From: Felis catus
Taxonomy: Eukaryota
Direction: 5' to 3'
NCBI RefSeq assembly: GCF_018350175.1
Contig: NC_058368.1
Coordinates: 107,572,001 to 107,636,000, forward strand
DNA: 64,000 nucleotides
Positions 40,210 through 49,409 of the stretch are shown here, in pieces. The position numbers and the translations under genes are program-made. Position 1 is the first letter of the stretch. The number at the start of each line of letters is the position of its first letter. The notes under the pieces were generated by a model, which was not told the DNA's origin, made no database searches, and saw only the letters and a list, made by a program, of their open reading frames with translations.

Positions 40210-41240
40210 TATGTCAGAAGATATGGTAGGCAAGCAAAGCAGAGGAAATTAGGAAAGACCACTCTTGTGGTTATGGCAGAGAAAGAAAAAGGGAAAGAAC
40301 AAGGAACATGAACTCCTGTCTCAAATGCCCATGATCCAGATTTTGGTCCAGAGAGGAAGAGATGTGTTAGATAAGCGAAGATGACTTACCACACACTAAA
40401 CACACCACATGCCCACACACACACCATGCACACACCAGACACCACACATCTACACGTACCTCACACACATACCACACACACTCACATACTACACTCATAC
40501 ACCACACACATACACACCCCCACCACACACACGGTCTTGAAGTCCCTGGAAAAAAGGCTCTATCATAGGCTGCTGCTGTTCCAGGCCAGGTCACGGCCAC
40601 ATCAAGCAAAACAGAGAGATTGGGCATAAGTAGAGACTTCCCATCACACACAGATGTGACCCAGAAGCAGCTGAGAGTCTGGCTGTGGCACTTACACTGG
40701 AGTGTTGATGAATTAGAGTGAGGTGCGATGATGGTGACAGGATGGACCTCTGTGGGGCCATTGGAAACCCCAGGCAGAATTCAGAAGTGTCTCTGGCCCC
40801 AATGGGAACTGAGACTGAGGGTGACAAGTAACGACTACCAAGACCTGACTAAAACAGAGAGCCCAGATTAGGATTGGAGGACGATTGTCCAGCAGGAGAA
40901 GCACATCCAAGTGAACCCTCATCCCCAAAACCAGAGAATGCTAAGGGTATCATAAGCAGGGCTTAGGACCTTCTGTACCTCTCTCAAACCATCCTGTAGT
41001 GTCGGTGAAGAAAATTCTCAGAGAATCCAAGAATTTTTATGTAAAAGAGTCTGAACATTGGTGTGTTAAGTTACTTTTAAATTAATAGGCCAAACTAAGC
41101 TTGGACTAGTTATAGATTGGTGTTTGTCCTCACTAACAGGAAGGTAATGGCTCAGGGAGAAGTCACCAGAATGTTTACTGGCAAAATAAAGTGAATTTTA
41201 TCTGTATACACAAGGTGCAGTGTAAGTTAAATATTATAAA
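40210..41240 (+). mobile_element. Possible ancient LTR (Gypsy-like/MamGyp) with internal CA-rich tract
   Basis: GC-richer block ending AAAATAAAGTGAATTTTATCTGTATACACAAGGTGCAGTGTAAG; CA-rich low complexity at 40389-40530. Confidence 0.35.
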
Positions 41241-41277
41241 AGTCTTATACAGTTTGTTACTGTTATTGGATGTCTAT

Positions 41278-41470
41278 GATTTTTTTAAATATTTATTTGT
41301 TTTTGAAGCAGGGTCGGGGGAGAGGCAGAGAGAGGAGACAGAATCCAAAGCAGGCTCCAAGCTCTGAGCTCTCAGCACAGAGCCTGATGCGGGGCTCAAA
41401 CTCACCAGCTGTGAGATCATGACCTGAGCCAAAGTCGGATGCCCAACCGACTGAGCCACCCAGTCACCCC
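41278..41470 (-). mobile_element. CanSINE
   Basis: TSD GGATGTCTAT. Confidence 0.92.
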
Positions 41471-42893
41471 GGATGTCTATAATATATATGCTTGGCCTAA
41501 CTTAAATACCACACCCCATTGCTTATTTAACAATAAAAATACAGAAAAAAAGATGCCATTATAACCCAAGAAGGTAGGAATGCCTACCTGGCCTCTTGGG
41601 GATACTTTGAGTTAGATAAATAAATAGGCTTAGGCATGGGGACAAGGGGCAGAGGGTTAAAATAAGTACATCTTCAGACCCAGATATTCGGAACGGTATC
41701 ACATACATATCTGGGAACATCTGAAGCGGGAGAAGGTTAAGAAGAGTTATTAGGAGCCTTCCACATGCCAGGGATGCCAAACGAAAGTAGCGTGGAGGTC
41801 TGGAGGGATGGGGTGTTCTGGGGGAGACATCAGTCATTAGTGACAGTTCCAAGTCTTCACAGAAGCACATGGTAGAAAATGGTGCTGGCGGTTCCCCAAA
41901 ATGGCCTTCTAGCACCATAGTCTAAGACTGGGTCTTTGCATCAGTGGAAAATGGAACCACCCTGAAAAACTACATTTTTCTTATCTTTAGGAAAGCACAT
42001 TTGAGCAGGCCACACATGATTTTAGAATTGCTACTTGCCCCTGGATCTCTCTCATTTATTAACTCCCTATCTGTTAATTAAAAATTATTGCAAGATAGAT
42101 AAAAAGTCTCAGTCTACAAGTAGAGATAAAAGACCTAATATGCAAACTCTAGATTCCTTTAATTTAATATATAAAGTGGGGAAAATTACACTGAAATATA
42201 ATCAGTAGATAAATGAATAAACATAAGTGGTTCTATCAAATTCTGTCTCTATGCATCATGTTAGTGAGAGTGAGGAAAATAAGATGATAGTGGGACTCCA
42301 ATAGAAAAAAGAGGCTGTTACCAAGAAAACAAATATTTCAACTTTATTTTCTTGTCCAAGCTTATTCACAGTTTATTTTCAGTTGAGGCAAAGCAGAAGG
42401 AAGTTGCCACAAGTCACATATTTGGACAACTCTGTTGCCTTTGATTTACTGGTTTAGTGTGTTAACAGTGAATCTCATCATTCAAAGGAAACTTTAATCT
42501 CAAAATTCATTTCCTGAGGTATCACTGTATTCAAAAACAACTCTAACTTCCTCTTCACTTTTCCTACAACTTTTCTTAATATCAAATTTCTTGTCACATT
42601 TTGGAGAGTCACATAAGGCGTCATTTCAAATTCAAAGCATTAAACTGTAATAAAATCAGAGTATCCAGTGTTCTCCATAAATGTAAAAGAATGTATATGG
42701 ACCAAGGGATCATGAAAGAAATGTTCATGGGTTTCAATTCAAGTCTTCTTACTAGAGCAAGAATAAAGAAATACAAAATCATTTGGAGAATTTACATCTT
42801 TACAGTTTTGCTAGGATGCTTTCACAGGCTGGAAAGGAAACATGGGATTTTTTTTTTTTTTTGGATATTGTGACTTCCCTCCTGTAACTAGTT

Positions 42894-42973
42894 TCACGCT
42901 GAGTGACATGTTTTCTGTGGGAATGGTCTTCTGCATTGCTCTGCCACCTTTTCCTGTTCCTCTGAAATCATAT
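42894..42973 (-). pseudogene. Exon 4 (up to first stop) of candidate pseudogene; 3' boundary unknown
   Basis: Strong acceptor CTTATTCTCCCTATTTTTCTAG; phase-1 continuation DMISEEQEKVAEQCRRPFPQKTCHSA*. Confidence 0.6.
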
Positions 42974-43321
42974 CTAGAAAAATAGGGAGAATAAGTTTGT
43001 CCTTGGTAAGAAAAATGCTATGGCTACAAAGCAGTGACATTTAAGCAAGGATCTTTAGTTAATAAATAAAAATGTTCACACTATCTCTGTGTTAAAGGAA
43101 GATGGGCAGTGTTATTTTTATTACATTTAGTATATTTTATTTAACATATTTAGTTTCATTAATATATGTTGTGTTTATTCTTTGTAATTTCTGATTTTTC
43201 TATTTATAACAGGTATCTCTGGTATGATCAGAAAAACAATTATAACATAGAATGTTAAAATAGAGAAAATTGAGAAAAATGTAATTTTTTCAATTTTCAA
43301 ATGTCTGCTTGTTTTTCTTTA

Positions 43322-43325
43322 AAGT

Positions 43326-43364
<39 letters not shown>

Positions 43365-43965
43365 TGATAAAAATATATGTATATATTTTTTCAGGAATAG
43401 AATATAGTGATGCATCACTTACATGTAACACCCATGCTCATCCCAATCAGTGTCCTCCTTAGTGCCCCTCACCCCTTCAGCCCTTCCCCTCCAACCAACA
43501 CTCCGCCAGCAACCCTCAGTTTGTTCTCTGTATGTAAGAGTTTCTCATGGTTGTCTCCCTATTTTCATATTATTTTTGTTTCTCTTCCCTTATGTTCATC
43601 TGTTTTGTATTTTCCACAAATGAGTGAAATCATATGATATTTGTCTTTCTCCGACTGACTTACTTAGTGTAATACAGTCTAGCTCCATCCACGTTGTTGC
43701 AAATGGCAAGATTCCATTCTTTTTCATTGCCGAGTAATATTCCATTGAATATATATACCACATCTTCTTTGTCCATTCATCAGTTGATGGACATTTGGGC
43801 TCCTTCCATAATTTGGCTATTGTCGATAGTGCTCTGTAAACATTGGGGTTCGTGTGCCTCTTTGAATCAGCATTTTTGTATCCTTTGGATAAATACCTAG
43901 TTGTGCAATTGCTACATCATAGAGTGGTTCTATTTTTAATTTTTTTGAGGAACCTCCACACTGTA
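43322..43965 (-). mobile_element. Carnivore L1 3' end in intron 3 of the candidate pseudogene
   Basis: (TTTA)n tail, 3'UTR and ORF2 C-terminal motifs; same type as 3187-3621. Confidence 0.88.
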
Positions 43966-44258
43966 ATTATATGTCTGTAAGAATCTAAACCAGAAACATC
44001 ACTCAAACTAATTCTTAAGGAATAAAGTCACAGTACCTAACTGGCCTTGTTCATGGCTCTTCTTAAGTTGCTTTCTGGAAGTTTCTTAATGGGTTCCAAA
44101 AGAAAAACGAGGAGATTTTAAGGGTCATAAGGTAGTTTTCTAAGTTTTAAATAGCTAACCTTTATTTTCCACCAAACAAATTAAAAATGATACACCTGTG
44201 ACTTGGTAATAAACTAAGGAAACTGTCACTGAACTCCACAGACGGACCTGAATTTGCT

Positions 44259-44383
44259 TATCTATTTATTTATCTATTTATCTATTTATCTATTTATCTA
44301 TTTATTTATCTATTTATCTATTTATTTATCTATTTATTTATCTATTTATTTATCTATCTATCTATCTATTTATTTATTTATTT
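44259..44383. repeat. (TATT/TATC)n microsatellite derived from the U7 retrocopy poly(A) tail
   Basis: Lies between the TSD and the U7 3' end. Confidence 0.9.
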
Positions 44384-44387
44384 ATGG

Positions 44388-44449
44388 AGGGGGTCTTCTG
44401 GTAAAGACCGGAAAACCTGCTAGATAAATTCTAAAAGAGCTGTAACACT
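44388..44449 (-). pseudogene. RNU7: U7 snRNA processed pseudogene (retrocopy)
   Basis: Minus strand AGTGTTACAGCTCTTTTAGAATTTATCTAGCAGGTTTTCCGGTCTTTACCAGAAGACCCCCT matches mammalian U7; A-rich tail 44259-44383; TSD TGAATTTGCT at 44249-44258 and 44450-44459. Confidence 0.93.
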
Positions 44450-44749
44450 TGAATTTGCTCTTTTAAAATGTATGTACATATGTTGCTGTTTCCCAAGGTG
44501 TTGCTGCCAGGCATTAACATTACTAAGAACTATTAAAATGCTGACTTAGCATTCTTTGTAAAACATTTCTTATGTGACCAGAGTGGAACACTCTGAACCA
44601 TACCATAATGTTTAACAAATAGCCAACAGATCATACAGTGTAAATGAAATCGTGACTAGTAATGCCTGAATGTTTTTGAATGTGATAATTTTTGAAAATT
44701 CTAGAGGCCTTCTGTACCTGATATATTCCATATTGTGTTTCTTTTCTGA

Positions 44750-44945
44750 ATTTTTTAATTTTTAAAAAATTTTTATTTTAGAGATAGAGTGCAAGCAGGG
44801 GAGAGGGGACAGAGAGAGAATCTTAAGCAGGCTCCACAGTCAGCTCCACACAGAGTCCAACATGGGGTTAAATACAACAACCACAAGATCTTGACCTGAG
44901 CTCAAATCAAGAGTCACTTAAACAACTGAGCAACCCAGGTGCCCC
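44750..44945 (-). mobile_element. CanSINE in intron 3 of the candidate pseudogene
   Basis: Full-length, diverged. Confidence 0.88.
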
Positions 44946-45295
44946 TGGGTTTCTTTTTCTAAAATTTGCTTTGCTTATCAGTATTTATAATTTAAGATAT
45001 ATTTCACTTTCCATGGGGAAAAAAATCTATAATACTTCCTTTCTAAAAGTTCAATGTACTTATATAAAGTAGAAATTCTTAAAATAGATTAATTTACCTT
45101 ATTTAAGGTTATTGAAATGTCAGAGTTGTGTATAATTTTTCTTAACTAAGACTAATGTGCAGGGTAAATACAAAAAATACACAAGTTAATTTAAGCCTCA
45201 TACTTTAAACTTCAAAGCAGTTGTCAACCAATATTTCACCTTTCAAGTAAACTAAAGTCATATTTTAGCATCCTTATAAAAAAGAAATATCTTAC

Positions 45296-45419
45296 CTTAG
45301 AATTTCTTCACATCCATATCCATAGAATAGTTTTTATAGTGATTTCCAGAATATTGGTGAAACTTTTCTAAATATTTTAAAGATTCTCTTCTAATGGAAA
45401 AAGTTTCAATCCACTTTAT
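45296..45419 (-). pseudogene. Exon 3 of candidate pseudogene (124 nt)
   Basis: Acceptor CTTTATTTTTTAG, donor AAG|GTAAGA; 40 open codons IKWIETF...DVKKF, then TAA at 45299-45297. Confidence 0.72.
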
Positions 45420-45502
45420 CTAAAAAATAAAGTTTATAATTTTAATGTTTTTATTAATGCAAGAAGTTTAAGGGAATAGTTTGTAATTTTTAGGAATCTT
45501 AC

Positions 45503-45620
45503 CTTAAATATATTTAAAGCACAGGAAAAACAACTGGAATTGGTACATTGCATTTTTTCCCTCTTTTTAAACAATCAACCAGTCAGCTTTTTAAAATTAT
45601 TATTATTAATGCAACTAGCT
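45503..45620 (-). pseudogene. Exon 2 of candidate pseudogene (118 nt)
   Basis: Acceptor TTTGATGTTTTAG, donor AAG|GTAAGA; encodes ASCINNNNFKKLTG*LFKKREKMQCTNSSCFSCALNIFK; TGA at 45577-45575. Confidence 0.7.
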
Positions 45621-45702
45621 CTAAAACATCAAACCTTGTTTATGGTTTTGTATAAACTTTAGGCAGGCTTATTAAAGAAAGTTAATAAAATAGTACACTT
45701 AC

Positions 45703-45806
45703 CTTATTTGGTGGTTATTATGAACTGTCCAAAAGAAGTTAAATGTCAATAGGAAAAATAGGTTTTTTTAAGTCTTCCTGAATATCTTGATGACTAAAGA
45801 GTGCAT
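45703..45806 (-). pseudogene. Exon 1 (coding part) of candidate pseudogene, signal-peptide-like
   Basis: ATG at 45806-45804; hydrophobic LFFLLTFNFFW; TAA at codon 13 (45770-45768); donor AAG|GTAAGT. Confidence 0.65.
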
Positions 45807-46297
45807 TTAGCAAAATGGTGGACACTCAAGCAGCCAAATGTCAAACTGCTGATGAGACTTGAATTCCACATTACAATATAAAACCAGATACAAATGGATT
45901 TTTCACTCCTGGGCTGGCCACCTCATTCCTTTGAATCAAAAAAGTGTGCTTGAGAATGGGAAATAGCTTGCTACATGATTAGCACAGAAGATCATTTATT
46001 TGAAATCTAGAGTGTTTCAGGATAGGGCAAAAGGCACAATTTTTGAAGGATGTGTTCACAATGTTAATTTAGATCTGTATTCATTTGTGAAACCATTCAG
46101 AATGTTTCTGGCCATACCTTCTACTAACATTAATCAGTGACTGCCACAGTTGTTTTAATAAAAATTGAGAAAATGGGTGATGAATTCCTGATAATTTGCA
46201 GTTAATTTATTCTGCAACTGCATTTTGTTGGATGAGCGGGGAGTTCCTAAGGGGTTACCTGGTATCTGCCTGACTTTAAAAAAATTAAGCACAAGTA

Positions 46298-46537
46298 GGG
46301 GCACCTGGGTGGGTGGCTCAGTCGGCTGAGCGTCTGACTTCAGCTCAGGTCCTGATCTCGCAATTCGTGAGTTTGAGCCCCGTGACGGGCTCTGCGCTGA
46401 CAGCTCAGAGCCTGGAGCCTGCTTCGGTTTCTGTCTCCCTCTCTGCCCCTCCCCTTCTCGTGCTCTGTCTCTTCCTCTCTCTCAAAAATAAACATAAAAA
46501 AACTTTTTTTAAATAAAAAAATAAAAATAAAAAATAA
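46298..46537 (+). mobile_element. CanSINE
   Basis: TSD TAAGCACAA. Confidence 0.93.
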
Positions 46538-48700
46538 GCACAAATATACATTCTAAAACTTTGATAGCCTTCTTCAAAAATATTTCCCCTTTATCTGTAG
46601 AACAAGAATGTTGTAATAATATTAACGTCACATAGTGAAGATTAAATGATATAATGAATGCCTGGCATAAAGACTCAATAACTATTTAGTGGATTTTTTT
46701 TTCTTCCCTCGTATAAGATCATTTGAAATCAAGAAGGCAGATACTTCTATATGTTATGCCTAACCTAGTACGGTAGATTAACAGGCGTTTGACTACTATT
46801 TTGCATTACTAAATAATATGGGGAAGTAGTATGGAGAAAAGAAACCACAGTAAAGCAGTATATATTCACTGTTAGCTATTAGTAGAATTTAGTAAACATT
46901 CTTTGGTTCTATCAACTGAAATCTTTAAAGAAGTAAACTGAGATACAGACTTTATCAATTACTTACAAATTTATAACAATAATAGCTTATCACATTAACC
47001 TTATGTTTTCCAAGTTTCTGATATTCTAAGTAAATATACACTTTACTATTTTGGGGTTACAAATTCTGGATTTGTTTCTGAGGAATAAAAATTCTCCTGT
47101 AGAACAGATGGCCTAGCTACTTGGAGTTATGGACTATAAATTCTGCAACAAATTATTACACAGGTGCATATATAACTGTAGAAAGCAATCCTGATTTATT
47201 TAGGGGCAGTTTGTCCTAGTGTGCCTCCACATACAGCTGAAAAATTTGCTGTTCCCCAAACTAGACATCAATTTCACATTTGGTTTTTAAGGCTTCTCAT
47301 AAGCTTATGCCTTTTAAGAAGAAACAAAAAAAAATTAATTAATTAATTAATTTAAAAAACCCAGGGAGAGCATTTTTTCCTTGATTGATTCTTCTAATAT
47401 ACATGTAAGCCTTGGGATTTCTAATAGATCTGTTTCACACCCTGGACATCCTCTCTAACGAAATACATTGATCGTCTATGCATTCTTCGGGAAGCTAATT
47501 TACTACCAAATGGAAATACGCATGTAAAATTACCGGAGAGAATAAAAGAGGAAAAGGTATTTTTAAAAACACAGCGTTTGATAAATACAGTAGTTCTCTG
47601 GAGGGCGAACTATCATTTGCAATCCTTTATAAATGTGTAATTCATACTGAGCTGAGTACATTTGACACCCTAGTATGATTTTCTCCCTGTGATGAATTCT
47701 TTAAGCCTCCTTTTTACCCAGATATTTTTCCATTTTATCTACTTTAACCCTAACAAAGAACATTTTCTGCTACTCAGTCATCACTTGGAGAACCATTGAC
47801 ATTTAGCCAGATATCCCAGGTTATCCCTCAATACCCAGACAAACCACTTTTGTATGGCTCTCTACAAATCATTATTCAAACCAGTCTTCCACCCCCAGTC
47901 TTCCTAAGACTTCTGTCTTGTTGCAGCTGAGGATGGATCTGCAGGTAATTCTGCAATATCTCAACTTCCCCTAATGACACATTGATTATCTTGCACTAAC
48001 TGTAATCAGAGTATTCCTTGGGGACACAACTTCCTTTTCACCTTTTTCAAGTGGAGGTTGCTTGTCCTCATATGTTACGATTTTAAGGTTGTAAAGTTAA
48101 GGTTGTTGTACACTTCAGTCGGCTTGCTATGTTCAAACCATTTCTCCTCCTGCACACTTTGAAAACATCATTCAGTTAAAGCTTACTGCAAAAGTCTTTG
48201 CCACCTGCTAATACTACTTCTTGCTATTCTGTGTTGAACTCCAGCTCACTATCTTGAGTCAGTAATGACTTTAGTATCTGGTTTATTCTTTCTCCTTACC
48301 CTGTAACTTTTCCCCTCTGATTGAACCCAACAGTCTGTTGTCTACATTTCTTTATCATATTAATGACTAAAGTAGAGAAAATTACAGAAACCTGTTGACT
48401 ACTTTCACTATTGATTTTTGAACACAAATGATCAATCAACACTAGTAATTAATCCCATCATATTTTCTCTACTCAGATTTCTAGGACTCCATCTTCACTC
48501 AATCTAGCTAGTAACTTCATTTCAATAATCTAAAATTAAATAGAAAATTTCAAATGGGAGCTTCCTCGTCTTCTGGCCAACAGATTTATTACCATCCTTT
48601 CTGCATCTGTACCCACATTCTCTGTCTTTGACTTGTTAATCATAACAAATGTAGTTTGAAGCCCATTCTTCTATTCTCTTCTTAAGAATCTATTTTCCCA

Positions 48701-48922
48701 GGGGTGCCTGAGTGGCTCAGTTAGTTGAGCGTCTGACCACCTCAGGTCATGATCTCACACTCTGTGAGTTCAAGCCCCACATGGGGCTCTGTGCTGACAG
48801 CTCAGAGCCTGGAGCCTGCTTCGGATTCTGTGTCTCCCTTTCTCTCTGCCCCTCCCCTGCTCATGTTCTGTCTCTCTCTGTCTCAAAAATAAATTTAAAA
48901 AATTTTTTTAAATTAAAAACAA
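48701..48922 (+). mobile_element. CanSINE
   Basis: TSD AATCTATTTTCCCA. Confidence 0.94.
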
Positions 48923-49049
48923 AATCTATTTTCCCAGGTTGTCCCTTGTACTTTCTCTGCTTTATTATGACATTCTCCGTATATAGCTCTCATGTCTTTC
49001 TTCCAGCAATGGATTATTTTTTCTGCCTCTTTTTCATGAAGAGTCTCTG

Positions 49050-49308
49050 ATTTCTTTCTTTTTTTTTTTTAATTTTTTTTCAACGTTTTTTATTTATTTT
49101 TGGGACAGAGAGAGACAGAGAATGAACGGGGGAGGGGCAGAGAGAGAGGGAGACGCAGAATCGGAAACAGGCTCCAGGCTCCAGGCTCTGAGCCATCAGC
49201 CCAGAGGCTCAAACTCACGGGGCTCACGCGGGGCTCAAACTCAGGGACCGCGAGATCGTGACCTGGCTGAAGTCGGACGCTTAACCGACTGCGCCACCCA
49301 GGCGCCCC
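49050..49308 (-). mobile_element. Very young felid CanSINE with internal duplications
   Basis: CpG-rich; TSD TCTGATTTCTTTCTT. Confidence 0.94.
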
Positions 49309-49409
49309 TCTGATTTCTTTCTTAAAAGGAGAGTCTGTGGTCACCTTCTCCAAATGTTCCCCTCCATTTTTCTCTCAACCCATCCCAACTGGATTTTCAC
49401 TTCCTTCCT

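Larger units (their letters stand above)
42894..45806 (-). pseudogene. Four-exon unprocessed pseudogene candidate for a secreted, Cys-containing, possibly cytokine-like protein (141 codons, 3 in-frame stops)
   Basis: Exons 45806-45703, 45620-45503, 45419-45296 and 42973-42894(stop). Three AAG|GTAAG donors and TAG acceptors; introns of 82, 83 and 2322 nt in phases 2, 0, 1. Spliced translation: MHSLVIKIFRKT*KNLFFLLTFNFFWTVHNNHQIRASCINNNNFKKLTG*LFKKREKMQCTNSSCFSCALNIFKIKWIETFSIRRESLKYLEKFHQYSGNHYKNYSMDMDVKKF*DMISEEQEKVAEQCRRPFPQKTCHSA*. Confidence 0.7.
48100..49400. mobile_element. L2 remnant interrupted by two SINEs
   Basis: Pyrimidine-rich degenerate L2-like sequence. Confidence 0.45.

Noticed and set aside
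40367..40651. Cys/Val-rich and His/Thr-rich ORFs
   Set aside because: Translation of CA/TG low-complexity sequence
42601..42873. 90-aa plus-strand ORF
   Set aside because: Non-ATG start, no recognisable domain, and antisense to the better supported minus-strand exon 4 region
42900..45400. Alternative frame across the exon 3/4 junction (…LFYGYGCEEILRYDFRGTGKGGRAM…)
   Set aside because: Looks protein-like locally but has three stops in exon 3 alone and does not connect to the ATG/signal frame; it cannot be fully excluded without orthologs
45296..45806. Assigning the gene fossil to TSLP, IL9, IL15, IL26, CSF1, KITLG or FLT3LG
   Set aside because: Only scattered motif echoes; Cys spacing and intron phases match none of them as I recall them, so no symbol is given
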